Below are positions 1 through 15,730 of a DNA stretch of 64,000 bases, piece by piece (the first letter of the stretch is position 1; the number at the start of each line of letters is the position of its first letter). Position numbers and translations under genes: made by a program. The notes under the pieces were generated by a model. The model saw only the letters and a program-made list of their open reading frames with translations, had not been told where the DNA came from and did not search any database. The DNA is from Fonticula alba ATCC 38817 (lineage: Eukaryota; Protista; Nucleariida): NCBI GenBank assembly GCA_000388065.2, contig KB932201.1; one strand, 5' to 3'.

Positions 1-1684
1 GCCCCGCGCTGCGGGAGGATCGATTGAATGTTTCCAGCACCGCGATCAGGTAGTCCGGATGCGTGGCCAAGGAAAGGAGCGGAGCCAGCCCGGCGGCCAC
101 AGGGCTGCCATCCTCCAGCAGCTGCTCCACCGATGGGAGCCCCAGCCGCCGGGATAGGCCCGGCTCGGTGGTCAGACGCCCGACAAGATCATGCCAAGCT
201 GGGAAGTCCGTGGCCGTGGTGGATGGGCCGCGTGCCAGCCCTGGGAGCACTGAAGATGGGTCTACCGAGAGCGATGCCAGAAGCAGGGCATCCGGATCCT
301 CTTCCTCGCCCTCCTCGCCGTCGGCCAAGAGGGATACGCCTGGCCGGCCGGCCGGCGAGGGAGACCGCGCGCCGGCCAACATGGCGGCGGCTGTCGGGTC
401 ACCGCCGATGTTGCTCGGCGACCCGGCCGCCCGTTGGCCAAGGGTCAGGCGCGAAGAGCGCAGCGTGCTCGAATGTGGCATGGTCACCATCAGCTCCGAG
501 CCATTACGCACCGAGACCATCATCTGGTCCAGGTGCGGAAGGCTGATCAGCTGGATCATCTGCGCATTGGACAGGGACTTCAGCAGGCCCGCCGGCCCCG
601 GGACACGGAGGGGGGAATCCCGCGACCGGGTCGGGCCCGAACCTGGGGTCGGGGCCAAGGACCCAGTAGGACGTGCAGACGAGCCCACAGGCCCGGGAGT
701 GACACGGCCACCGGTCGCCGCGGCCGCGGCCGCTGCCTCAAGCAGCGGGCTCACGCGTGCCGATGGTGCTGCCGATGGTGCTGCCGATGGTGCTGCCGAT
801 GGTGCTGCCGATGGTGCTGCCGAACTGCCCGGTCCCGGTGTCACTGGGCCCTCCTGAAAGGTGACTGACGGAGAGGAGGCCCTGAGGGGATTCGATTGAG
901 GACCTGCCTGCAAGGGAGGAGAGGGCACTACCCCGGGCCCGGGCTCCAAACGAGCAGTCTTGCGCGGCGGTTGGGCTTCAACTGGCGGCTCCGCCCTGGG
1001 ATGAGGCTCCACCCTGGAGGAGTGTGTCGGGCTGGGAGCAAGTGCCGAGAGAGACTCGTCGCTTGTGGGGAGATCGTGCGACGAGCGATGCGCAAAGTCC
1101 ATGGGCGGACTTGGGCTGGGCTCTGGGTCTGGACTGCGGGAGAATGGTGGGTCTGGACTCGGGGAGGGTTCCGACTCCGGGTTCGGAGCGAGATCCAGCC
1201 CCGAAGCGGGGGAAAGGTCCCCAGCCGAGTGCCTGGTGGCTTCCATTGCCGTCCATGAGGACGGACCAGGGGCAGAGCCTGACGCGGGATGCGATTGACC
1301 AGCCATCCAGCGATCACCGGTGGCGAGGCCACCCCGAGGGGCAGCCGGGCGAAAGAGATCGAGTAACCCGGCGGCCGTCGGATCGCGTGCCGCCTGGGAT
1401 GAGGTGGCACCCTGGCTTTGACCAATTGCCCGAGGCAAGGCACTTCCGGCGCTGCTTGATCCGGCCGAAGCGAAGAAGCTCTCGAGTGCCGAGCCGCCCG
1501 CCGGTCGAGTGGTGGCCGGCGGTTGCGCTTGGGACGTCATGAGAGCCGAGCCGAGCGGCGTCCCCAGCTGCGACTGCCCGAGGGCCAGGCGGGCCGCCGG
1601 AGCATCGACCTCCGGCAGCGCGTTCAGCGAGCTCAAGTCCCCCTCAAGAAGTTCATCGATATCAAAGTCCGAGTAGTCAAAGGA
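1..1684 (-). CDS. Partial gene of unknown function (Pro/Ser/Ala-rich protein), runs off the left edge
   Basis: Minus-strand frame read by hand from a CAG acceptor at 1685 (SFDYSDFDIDELLEGDLS...) to position 1 (...LLSLATHPDYLIAVLETFNRSSRSAG); no stop was found. It is absent from the ORF track, which shows only its antisense shadow 63..857. The 5' exon(s) are unresolved and no domain was recognised. Confidence 0.6.
758..823. repeat. 12-bp tandem repeat (TGCCGATGGTGC) x5.5, encodes AAPS repeats in the minus-strand gene
   Basis: Read directly: units start at 758, 770, 782, 794 and 806, plus a partial unit. Confidence 0.9.
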
Positions 1685-2542
1685 CTGGATGGAGGGTAAG
1701 TTGGAAAAAGGTGCATCCAAGAAGGGGGATCGGGGCCGGGGGGGGGGGGGGGGGGCAAAGAAACTCACCAAGAGAGAGAGGGCGGGAGGACGACATGCTC
1801 CGGAGGCGCACCATTCGGAGAGCCTCACGAAGGGGAGGACAGATTTGAGAAAAAGGAAGGCGGCGCGCCTCGGGCGGGAGAAGGCCGTTCCCAGTGTCCA
1901 GTCGAAAGAAAATGCAAGGAGCCGGGAGGGAGAAGAGAGGAGCGGCGACGGACGAGCGGGAACGGCTGGGACAGCGAAAGGAAGAGTTGGAGGAGGAGGA
2001 GGAAGAGGAGTGTGCATGGCGCGCGCGATCTGGCCATGCACCTGGCCATGTCCGGCCAAATAGTCACAGGAACACGGCCCCCCTCCCCCCCCCCCCAGCC
2101 CCAGCCCCTGGGATGAAGACGCATCGCTGCCCGGATGGCATCAAGGAAGTGGCGCTACGCCTCCGGCCAATACCAACGTACAGACCACAATCGTCTCGTC
2201 CGCATTCCCTGCCCATGCCCATGCCTGTGGTGCCGCCCAGCTGTTTCCGGGCTTCGACCCGTGGCATTTGGTGCTCTGTACTGGCATCTGTTTATTGGTC
2301 ATATTTCTACCTGCCTCTCTCTTTCGGAGGTGGGCGAGGGTTTTCGTCGGATTTTTTCCCCTTTCGTCTCACTCGTGTCTCCATGCGTGCAGCCTTGACC
2401 GCCGGACCTCGTGGCGACTCGCGTGGGTGTTGTTGTTTTTTTCTCGCTCCCGCCCTCTCGTCGTGCTGAAAGGCCGGCGAAGGCAAGAGGGAGAGGGGGA
2501 AAGAGAGAGAGAGAGAGAGAGAGACAAAAACAGTCACATGGG

Positions 2543-3313
2543 TCAGCCGGTGCGGCTGCCACCCGCCACCGGCGGGGACACGCTCGACGGGATGCTCGGC
2601 CGGACGATGGTCAAACTTCCGGAGGGACCAGGATGGTGAAGGTGATGTTCGGCGGCCGGCGGGTGGTGGCCGCCGCCATGCCCACCGTGGGGGTGGTACA
2701 GGCCCCCGGTGGCAGCCGGTGCCGGGCCGAGCACCGGCGATTCGTCATCGAGGCTGCCCATGTCACCGACACCCAGGCCAAAGAGGGCGTCGCACAGGGC
2801 GCGGAAGAAGTTCTGCACCGCTCGGCGGACGGCCAGCACATCACACCCCTGGAGGATGGTCAGCAGCCGTGCCAGTCGGGGAATGTAGACCGCGATGCTG
2901 CCCGGCTCGATGGGAGTCGTAAGGGTCGCGGACATCGGCGTGGCCCCGGACCGCAGGGGGATTTGGCCCCAGTGAAGCTGAATCAATTCTTGGATGATGG
3001 CAGCCACGAGCGGGGCACGCTGCAGAATTTCCACATCGCGCGGGGAGGCAACAGTCGGGCCGCCGGTCGTGGCCCCGGGGGCCCCGCTCGGGGCTCCGGA
3101 CGGAAGTTGAAGAATAGCAGAGAAGTATTGCTGAGAGAGCACATGCCGAACACGAAGTAGAGTGGGTGATGGAGCAAGAAGGAAGAGAAGAGGGCGGGGG
3201 GAGATGGAGGTCGGACATGGTAAGAGAATGGAGAAGGCCAGGCTCGGGTGGATGCTCGCATGTCACACCGCAAGCAAAGGGAAGCAAAGCGCAAAGGAGG
3301 AGGTGGATGAAGG

Positions 3314-3357
<44 letters not shown>

Positions 3358-6300
3358 CACACGCACCAATTGCGAAATACAGAGATCCATCAGTGGCGGG
3401 ACAAGGTCAACCGGGTTGGCACCGAGGGTGGGCGAGAGGATGGCCTCCCCGCCGGGGGCAGCGTGCACCGCCCCGGCGCCCTGGTCCCCATCGATGCCGG
3501 TGCCACGGAGCTGCAGCCACCGGAAGTACAGCTGCACATAGGCCTCCAGTGCCACGGACTCCTGCTGGCTCAAGCTCGGGGTCTTGGCCATGTAGCCGGC
3601 CTGGACAAAGGCCAGACGCCGTGGCGAGTCCACATTGAAAGCACGAGCATTCTCATGGGATGACCGCAGAAGCTGCAGCCAACCGAAGAAGTCCGCCCGG
3701 GGGGCCGTGCAGGTGACCGCACTCAGAGCACTGCTGGGATTGGAAATGTCCAGGAGGCTGCGGGCCAGGTACAGCTGCACCGTGGCCTTGACAAAGCAAT
3801 ACAGAATGTCCAGGGCACCGGGGGCATTCGACCGGACGGTCGGTGCCCGGGAGAGCTCACGCTCGGTGGACGTGGCGGCAAAGGCCCGCGCCAGGGTCAA
3901 GGTCACCAAACGCCATGCCCGGGCATCAAACTGATCATGGCACAGGGACATCAGCGAGAAGAGCCCAGTCACGCCGCCGGCCTTGGCCACCGAGGTGCTT
4001 CGATGGGCAATGAACTGCAGGATCAGCTCGAGCACCGCGCCGAGGATGCTGTTGGAGGGCAGCTTGGCAACCAGCGGAATGCCCGACGACTCGTCCACCA
4101 GCATGTGCGGATGCTCGGAGGGCAAGAGCGCCGCCGGCAGCGGCGGCACCTCGGTGGCCGACAGCTCCTCCTGCTCCTCATCGTCATCCTCCTCGCCATC
4201 CGAATGGTAGGTGGGCCTGCTGAGGGGGATCGTGGGGAAGGGCTCATGCGCAAAGGATCCATAGTAAACCGGCACCAAATCCACCAGATGCTGCAGGGCA
4301 AACACCCACAGCATGCGACACTTGTCCTGATGCCGTGCATGCCAGGCCCCGATGGCCGAGTCGGAGTCGGGGCCGGCCACGCCACCAGGCGCCAGCGGAT
4401 CCACCCCGCCCCCGGGGGCCAGGGCGCTTTGCTCGCAAAGATCGTCAAAGAGCGGCTGGATGGCCGACCGGAAGACGGTCCGCGCATAGGCCGCCGACTC
4501 CAGAACCCCGGTCCCGGCCGCGCCATGCAGCAGGTTGAAGAGAGACTCGATGGCCTTCTGCCGGATGGTCATCGACCCGCAATCGTTGGCCACCCGTGAC
4601 AGGCACCGGACCACGGCGAACCACCGGACAAAGAAATCTTCGCAATCTTCCGGGCCGCCGCTCGACCCGGGGCCCGGGGGGGCATTCACCAGCAGCAGGC
4701 TGCCACTGCTGCCAGTGCTGCTGGCCGCCGGCGAGTGAGCACCACCGACCGCCGTCGGGGTGACACCTGCCGCCGCCGCCGTGGCCGCCGCCGTGGCCGA
4801 CAGCCAGTCCAGGTGTGCGGTGATTTGCATGTTTCCACAGTTCTGGATCAGCTGCACCGCCCCTTGGGCCACCGCCTCAAAGGGATCCGGCGTGATGCCA
4901 ATCGGGCCCGAGGTCGCGCCGCCGGGCTGATCCGGAGCCGACGCCACAGCCGGCGGCAAGTCCCCCCCGAAAACCCCGCTCAGGAAGGCAAACTCCGCCA
5001 GACAATCGATGAAGTCGGCGAAGTGGTTGGCGCTGGTGGGCCTGCCATGCAGTGAGCCCTGGCTCGGGGAATCGACCCCGCTCACCGACGAGTCGCCATT
5101 GTCGGTCGAGGGGGGCCCCCCCGCCATCGGGGCTGGCGCTGGGCCCGACCCGCCGAAAAGCGAGCGCTCAGAGGCCAGAGCATGGAAAATGGTCTGCGCC
5201 AGCTGGAAGCCCGCGGCCACCAGCTCCCGGCGCGTGCGAGTGGTCAGCTCCAGCTGGACCTCCGCATGGCCGGAGTCATCGGCATTGCTGGCGCCAATGC
5301 CGAGCTCCGGCCTCCGGGCAGCCTCGACCACACGCATGAGCACCACGAAGATGGACTTCCAGCCGGACATGATGCGCCCGGCCCGGGCCTCGACCATGTG
5401 GTTGAGCGCCCGCAGGACGAGATCCTGGGCCAGGGGCAGATCCCCACCGGCGGGCCGAAGATTGGCCCCGGCCCCGGCCCCGGCCCCGGCCCCGGGGGTG
5501 GCCGATCCACCGGAGGCCGATCCACGGCGTGAGCCATTCGACAGGAGCGGACGCAGGGGCGCATGGATGACAATATACTCGAAGGGCCGGAGGAATTCGC
5601 TTTGCGTGTGGAACTGGCCCATCTCCTGGCGCTCGAGGAACTTCATGGCCAGCTGTGGAAGGTCCGAGAGAGGAGGGGATGCGAAGTTGGAGGTGAGCGG
5701 AGGGGAATGGGAGGCAGTCACGAGACAAGACCGAGCAGCGCCGACGAAAAGCCCATCGGAGCAAGAGGGAAGGAAACAGGCAAATGAGCGGAAAGCCAAT
5801 AGCAACAGCCCGACAGGCAAAGCAACACCGGGCGTCGAGCATCGAGCACCGCGCCATCCTGGGCCGACGCACCTGTCGGAGGGAGTCAATGGCAAACGAG
5901 GCGACCACCGGATTCCGATGGCAGCCCACATGGTTGAAGTAGGGCTGGAGGACTTGCTGCAGGATGGGCGTCCACTCGAGGCGAATGCGGTTGAGGTTGT
6001 AGTGGGCCAGCTCGACCACCTTCTGCAGCGAGAACAGGCGCGGCGACCGGCCTGGCAGGCCCTCCACGGCCGAGCTATCCGGCGCCGTGGTGTGCTGGTG
6101 CGTCGGGGACTCGGCCTTGGACTCGGCGAAGAGTTGCGAGTAGTCCGGCAGGGTTTGGCTCAGGTCGAAGCAGCCGCCATTCACCTCGGCAATGGACACG
6201 GCACACAGCCCCCGGAAGAAGTCCACAATCGCCTTGCCCGGGAGCAGGCCCGACCGCTCGAAGAGGCGATCTACCAGCACCGTCAGCGACTGGGCCGCGT

Positions 6301-9300
6301 CGAAGGAGGGGTGACCACCAGCCCCGGAGGCCTCGGCGCCGGCCTCGATCCCGGCACTGGGATTCTGCTGGACCGGCACTCGACCGGCCGAAGTTCGACT
6401 GTCCGTCCCAAAGAGCCCGAGGTATTCCTGCGCGTGGGCGTAGCTCCGAGTCAGTCACATGCCCAGACAGGACGGGCCGGCCCCGGGGGTGTGTATGGAG
6501 TTCAAGGGGGCAGGGAAAGGCCCGGGCAAAAAGACGCGACAGGCGGCCATACCAAGCGCGACACGGCTTCGAGGATGAACTTCCAGGAGTTGCCGAGAGA
6601 TTGGCTGTTCTGGGGGGCAATGCGCTCAAGCAGGCACTGGACCACCACCAAGTCCGACGTGGGCAAAAGCATGGACCCACTGCCGAAGGAGCTACGCGAG
6701 TCCCGCCCGGAAGACCCGCCGCCGAGCGCGGTGCCGGATGCGGGATTGGCCGGCAGGGCGGCCGCCGGGCTGGCCAACACGCCGCCAGACACACCGAGTG
6801 AGTTGATCAGGTTCGTGGCACTCAGTGAGCGGATGTGCAGCGCCAGCGACCGAAGCAACGAGTCTCGTGCTTCGACCAGCCCGAAGGAGCAGGCAATGCG
6901 CACGGCGCTCCTGCGTGCAGCGGCCCGAGAAACACGCGTCAGTGGCGTCAAATGCACCGGCAAAGATGACGTTTCAAGGGGCAGAGCAGCGGCACGGGGG
7001 GGGGATGATCGGGCGGAAAATCACACGCACTCGTAGCCCACCATGCACAGCTCGGCGGTATTCACGTCATTCGGATCACACTCGGCCACTGCCTGGCCGA
7101 AAGGCAGCAGGAAGTTCGACCGCCAGAAGGCCTTGAACATCGGCAAAATGTGCTCGCGATGCGTGGCCCGGTGGTAAATCCCATCATGCGATTCAAATCC
7201 ATCGCCATCGGCGCCATTGTCGCCGCCACTGGTGGCGTGGTGCAGCATGCGCCACAGCTGTGCACTCAGTGTCGAGTGCCCGCCACGGTCGCCCCGCTCC
7301 TCCTCCAGGACAATTTCATTGTGCAGAATTTCATCATAGATGGACTCCAACAGACTGGAAGGCAAGTCGAAGCCCTTGTTGATTCCGCGATTGTTCTTGA
7401 TGAAGGACTCCTTGGACATCTTGCGCTTAATTTGATCGCTGTGTACGAGGCATTGGTGAGGCAGGCCGGAGGATGTGCCCCGGTGGGGGGCGAAAGAAAG
7501 CAAACACAAACGAGCAAACAGGCGGGGATGCTTCAGAAGACCCCGATGGGGGGGGGGGGGGGGAAAAAAGCGGAAGGGAGGACTGGCTTTTGGCTGCCGT
7601 CGANNNNNNNNNNNNNNNNNNNNNNNNNNNNNNNNNNNNNNNNNNNNNNNNNNNNNNNNNNNNNNNNNNNNNNNNNNNNNNNNNNNNNNNNNNNNNNNNN
7701 CCAGTCCTTCGCCCTGCCTCAGACCCCCGGCGCAGTGGTGGCGGGGGGGGGGGGGGGGGGGGGATCAAACAACAGTGCCCCGGGGGGTTGGCGTACCTGT
7801 GCAAATCCGTGTTCAGCATGATGGTCGAAAAGGCCAATGTGTAGGCAGTGTCGGCATTGGAGAGGAGGGACAGCGCCCCGGCCGAGCCAATCGGAGGGGT
7901 GGCGCCCTCCTCGCCGGCACGCCGGTCGGGGCTAGTTGCCATGGGCGAGACCGCGGCCCAGGAGGCCGAGGAGATCAGACTGGACCCCGGGGCCGCGGGC
8001 TGCTGGTTCGACTCGCAATAGCGGTCGGCGAACTTCTCCATCAGCCGGTCGATTTTCTGGGCCTCGCCAGGCAGACGGAAGGTCTGTAGGAAAAGACGCA
8101 ATGCCTCGACAAAGGACATTCCCTTGAAGTCCAGCAGGTCGACAAAAGCGTGCATCACCTTGTTGTTGAACTTGTGCACGCGTTGGTGTTGGGTGTGTGT
8201 GAGAGATAGAGAGAGAGAGAGAAGGAGAGAGCGAGTGGGCGGGCAGGCGGGCCGGCGGGCCGGCGGGCGGGCGGGCCGGCGGGCGGGCGAGCGCGTGTGT
8301 GTGCGCGCGCAGCGTTCATAGAGCGCAGAAGGTGACGAATGGCCATTCACGGCGCATACTATGGCCAGAATGTGGGGGACTTCCCGGACGCACCGACTCC
8401 GGGCCGCTGAGGAAATCACCCAACTGAGCCTTGTCCAGCGATTGGCAGTGTTGCAGCAGGAAGCGAGCCACCACGTCAGGACTGGGGGAAATGAACTGGT
8501 GCCCGATCAGATGCTTGATGCCGCGCGAGGGCTTCTGATTGAAGAGGTCCAGGCCCTGGCGGAGAAGCTGAAGCAAGGCGGACAGTCAAGGGGCAAGGGG
8601 CGGAAGGGTTAAATGACATGCCGAGAGGGGCAGCAGAAGGGCCGGAACAGCGCCCCAGCGCGTGCATACCAGCTTGCGGGACTTCTGCTCGACAAACTGG
8701 TCCGGGTTGTCATCGCCAACACGGACGCCCGGGCCACTGAGGCTGTGCGAGGAGGACAGGGGCGCCAACAAGGGCGAGGACATGGCCGGGTCCGGGGTGC
8801 CGATCACCGACGAGGCCGAAGAGGTGCCCGAGTCCGCGGTCGACATAAGATCAACGCCCGCTCCATTGGTGGCATCGTCAACGGGCGAGGTGCCGCCAGC
8901 GGCCGAGCTCGACTGATCGGCTGGACCACCGGCATGAGAGGCCGACGATGTCCAGGCCACCATGGCCTTCACCACACTGGCCAGACAGTGCAGCGCACGC
9001 GATCGAAGCCGGATGGCCATGTTGAGGTTGACATCGCGATCGGGATGCTGCGTGGCCGGCGGCAAGGCCGGCGGGAGAATGTGGTCCGGATGCCGGCGGA
9101 CCTCCTCCAGGGGGGCCCCGACGCCAGTGGCACCGCCTGCGGCCCCGACGGGCCCGACGGCGGCCGTGGCGGTGGCGTTGCCAGCGGCGGGAGCACTCGG
9201 GCCAGCGACGGCCAGCGACGAGCCGCCATGTCGCCAGTAGATGGCCACCCGGGCCACGGCCGACAGCAGGGGCTCAAGGACATCCTCGCCGGCCGTGTCG

Positions 9301-11459
9301 CAGTCATAGTTCAGATACAGGTCGACCAGGGTTTGCGCATCGCCCAGGATGAGGTTGAGCGATTGCAAGGCCAGGGACCGTTGCATGAGAAGCACGGCCT
9401 CCGGCGAAGTGGAGGCCAGAGGGAGGCCATTGGCGATGGCCTGCGCCGCGCGGAGGTGATGTGCTGGCAGCTGGTTCGCATGTGCCGACATCGAGGTCGA
9501 GCCGGTGGGCACAACCTCCAGAACGCGGAAAAACAAATCCCGGAAGAGACGCCGGATCTCGGGCTTCAGCGGGGCCTGATACATGGCCAGCACGCGGACA
9601 AAGATCATCAAGGCATGCTTGTAGATGGCTGAACGGGTGGCAAAAGGGGGGTAAGTAAATGCGCAGGCAACACATGCGGTGGATTGAGCCACGGCCAGGA
9701 AGGGGGGGAGGGGGGGGGGGGGGGCGGAAGAACGGCAGCCCCGAGCGAGGCATGTGCATGCATGCGTGAGGATGCTCCCCAGGCGGGGGATCTTGCATTC
9801 GTACTGATCGATCCCTGTGTGGCGTAGGAGATGGCCGTGCACACATCGCGCCGCATGAGCCCGACACAGGCCTCACTGAGCCACAGGAATTCCGCGGCCT
9901 TGGTGCTGAAGGTTTGCGAGCTGGGCACCGGGATCGATGTGCTGGACAGATCCGGGGGCGACATCTGGGACAGCATGGCCACCGACATGGCGGCGGCTCC
10001 CGGTGAAGCGCTAATTAACACCGACCGGATCATCTCCAGCGCCAGCGGCCGACAGTACAACTCATGGCTGTCAGCCGACCAGGGAACCGTGAGGCCAGAA
10101 GGGCCGAGGTCGATCGCGCGGAAGCTGGCCACCGCCGGGGAGGCAGCCTCCTTGGATGGCGTGGCCGCGGTCGAGCGCGACGCAGCGGCCTCATCCGCCG
10201 CCGCCAGAAGGGTGGTCGCCTCGGCGCGAGGCAAACTCAAGAGGCTGGAAGTGAAGCGGATTGGGAGGCGGCGGAGGGGGGCGCTTTGGGCAGGGCGGTG
10301 GCCAGGGACTCGCGCAGAAGGGCCTCGGCCACCGGGACCGGGAGGGCAGAAGCCCCCGGGTCTCGGGGCCGGTATCCGTTAAGGTGACTGACGTCGCGCC
10401 GANNNNNNNNNNNNNNNNNNNNNNNNNNNNNNGGGGGGGGGGGGGGGGGGGGGGGGCGTCAGGGGCAGAGCTCAAAAGGGGTCCCAAACGAAAAGGGCGA
10501 GAAAGGGCACGGGCGAGTGGCGGGGACAGTCGAGGCCGGGGCAAACGCTACCTCAAGTGCCGGAGTATGCCATAGACATCCGCGCGCAGGGTCTCGGCAT
10601 ACGGGGTATCCACCTCGGCGGCCTCGACATTGACCGCGCGGCTGACCGCCGCATGGGTAATTCGCATGAGATTGGCACGGCCGGTGGTCTGGATGATGGT
10701 GGACTTGGAGCGCAGCGTGGAGATGGTGGCCACCGTGTGCAAGGCCCGGACCAGCGATGTGCCACTCATCAAGGGCAGGCCAGTGTGCAGGGGCTCGCCG
10801 CCATCGCCGACCGGCGTGGCCATGCCGGAGGCGGGAGCGCTGCTCCCAGCCCCGGCACTGGCCGCCGAGTGCGGGCTCTGCGTCATGGTGGTCATGGTCA
10901 GCAACAGCCGCAGGAGCTGAATGTGGACCTGCTCCGAGCCGCGACCGCCATGGGCCAGGCCACACACGACACTCACAACCTCGTCCATCATGCGCAGGCC
11001 GGTCACCGGATCGCGCTGTTGGCCACGCAGCAGACCGAACAGCAGGAGCTTCTCAATCTGGTCCAGTGCGATGTCGGCCAGCACCGACAGCTGGGGATGG
11101 ACCTCGCGCGTGTCCGCCGGGTCCGGGCTGGCCAAGCGGAGCGCCGCACGGAAGGGCGGCCAGAAGAGGTCGCCATTTGGAGTGGCGTCGTTGGAGGATG
11201 GCGGCACCGCGCGAGCAACCTCCTCGAAGCGTGCTTGCGCGCTGGACAGGGCACTTTGCACCTCGCCCAGGAGGGGGGAGTTGCCGACGAAATTGGCGAT
11301 CGGACCAACCCCGGCGGTCAGCTGCTGCAGGGCCGTCTGCAGCACGGCCACACTCTTCTGCCAAGTCAGCGGGTTGCTGGCGGTGCCGGTCGCTCGGAAG
11401 GGGCTCCCCTCCGACACCGGTGTCGCGTTCACCGGCGAGGGGAGGTCGCTCGAGGCCAT
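2543..11459 (-). CDS. SEC7: Large ARF guanine-nucleotide exchange factor, Sec7/BIG1-2 family (multi-exon)
   Basis: Exons lie within ORFs 10548..11459 (DCB-like), 9608..10240, 8586..9842 (HUS motif LYLNYDCD), 8316..8576 and 7427..8419, 7021..7509, 6502..6963, 5276..6379 ([21 protein letters not shown]), 2983..5931 and 2543..3142. The Sec7 domain reads [12 protein letters not shown]...[21 protein letters not shown]...[19 protein letters not shown], with the glutamic finger intact. Confidence 0.95.
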
Positions 11460-12693
11460 GGCAGGGGGTGGTGGGAGGGGTGGGACAGGCGGAGGGAAAC
11501 GAAGACAGGCAGGGAAAAGGGGAAAGTGGGGAAAGGGCAGGGGAAGAAGGAGAGAGAGGAGGGGGGTAGGAGGGGGGAGGGACGAGCTCTACCTGTGAGA
11601 ACCGGGGAAAATGGAAGTATCAAGGGGGGGGGGGGGAACGGCGATGCGTGGTGGTGAGGCGCCGCGCTCTCTATTCCTCGATGGTGTTGGCATTTAACAC
11701 GAGCAAGGGGCGGGATCTGTGTGGTCCTGGCGCGACACCCCCGCACCCGAGCCAGACCGCCCGATGGACTCGGGCGGCGATCCCGGGGGGCGACGTCTGC
11801 CTGCGTGTCTTCGACGGGTGCGAGGAGGACCTGATTGCTGGTGACGCGGGCCCCCGGCCGGGGGTAGGGCCCTGACTCAGACCGGCGCCAAAAACCGAAC
11901 AATCGGCCATGACTGCTTCTCCCGGGGTGCAATACGAGCGATCACCCCCCCCCCGTAAACCGATTGAATATGTAACCCTGGCGGCGGCCGGGCGGGCCAG
12001 AGTGAGGGGCAGGACGGGAGGGCCGCAAAAGACGTGCCCCTCCCGCGCCGAGGCTGACTGGGTCGCACTTGCCCGGCGACCAGTCGGCCCCAGACCGCTT
12101 TGACAGGAGAGGTGCCAGCGGGCGAGCGCGGCTAAATCAAAAGGATCCCGGCTGCCAAGAGAACAGCCCGCCTTCTTTCCCAGGCGATGGTCTCGCCCCC
12201 CCGCCCCCCTGCCCCTCCACGGAGTGCCACGGCGTGCACCGAAGGAGCGCTCGCAGGGCGTTCGCTGAGTGCCACCGCAACAGGTGACAATGAAAAGAGT
12301 GTTAACTGCCAAGGTTTGTGGTCCCAAGTATTTGGCTCTCAGTTGGCATGTTGGAGATATTTGGCCCGGGCCGCGCGCTCGTGCGCGCGCCAGGATGGGG
12401 CGGGGTGCCACGCGCCGCGTGTGTCGCCCTCGCCCCCCCTGGTCCATCCTCTGGGCGAATGCTTCCCCCACGACCTCGCTGCCAGGGCCGATGGACCGCA
12501 CACCCGGGGCACATGGGTGGGCGAGCTTGCATATGGGTATGAGGATAGGGGTGTATATAATGTACATTGTGTAGAACTCGCGGCCAAAGGGAGGAGGGAG
12601 AAGGAGAGAGAGGCAGGAGGGGCATCGAGGGGATATACCACCACAGGCCGGCGGGGTCTTCTGACCTCCAACTACGGGCGGGTGTGGAGAAGA

Positions 12694-12732
<39 letters not shown>

Positions 12733-12762
12733 TCACACACCACACACACTCCGCCTCGCGTC

Positions 12763-14842
<2,080 letters not shown>

Positions 14843-15730
14843 TATGACAGGGGGTTCAAAGTGGGAGGAGGAGGAGGGGAGGAGGCAAGAAAAAGGAAAT
14901 GGAGAGAGGAGGCAGCACAAGGAGGAGATGGGGAGGGAGGGGGGTGGGAGGGGGAAATGGAAGGGGTCATGGCATGCCTCCGGCAGGAGGATCCGGGCAC
15001 AAGCGTGGCCGAAAAGGCAAAGCGCGTACGGGCAGGCAGGAGCTTCGTTGGCATCTGGGCCGGAAGAGCCCAGCGTGGGTACCTTCGAGCGATGATGCCC
15101 GGAGCGCGTCCCAGAATGCGGAGAATGGTGTTCCGCTCTTCCGGTCCAGCGGCCGCGCGCCTTCCGCGGGCGGCACACACACACGCACATAAGCGCCAAA
15201 GGTGTACGCAAGCTTGGGTCTCGCGTATCATCGTATGCATGTGGGCGTGGCGGGAAGAGGGGGTAAGGGGGGGGGGGGGGGGCTCCGAGGTGCGTCCGGT
15301 GCCCAGGAGAGAAGCGAAACAGTGTGCCCTGCGGTGGCTAGGTTGTCCAACCCGGGCGAGTGTGTGCATCGGACGCCGTCGACTACAACCGGCGTGTGGC
15401 GGAGAGGGGGACGGGGGGCCGGGGACGGCAGCCGGACACAATGAGCAGGGACAGGCGCCAGACGTGTGCACATGCATCTGGCTGAAGAAACTCGCCTCCC
15501 ACTGCAGGGGAGCCGGCCCCTCCGAGGACCGGAAAGTCGAGGGCGGTTCTCCTCAACAGGCTCCGCCGTGCTGTCTCGCGCCCGGTGCCGTCGCACTCAC
15601 ACCCCCCCCCCCCNNNNNNNNNNNNNNNNNNNNNNNNNNNNNNNNNNNNNNNNNNNNNNNNNNNNNNNNNNNNNNNNNNNNNNNNNNNNNNNNNNNNNNN
15701 NNNNNNNNNNNCCCGTCTGCCCGCCGAAGG

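Noticed and set aside
1825-2124. ORF with an apparent signal peptide (LLFLLLLQLFLSLS)
   Set aside because: The Leu/Phe run comes from a CT-rich low-complexity tract, and I could not splice it convincingly to the downstream exon.
5009-7036. Long plus-strand ORFs opposite SEC7 (also 8613..9632, 10557..11657) and similar ORFs opposite the subtilase, SREBP and DLIC
   Set aside because: These are antisense shadows expected from GC-rich codon usage; they show no recognisable domains.
11884-11893. TTTTGGCGCC (E2F-like site, minus strand) upstream of SEC7
   Set aside because: It is a single short match with no supporting context.
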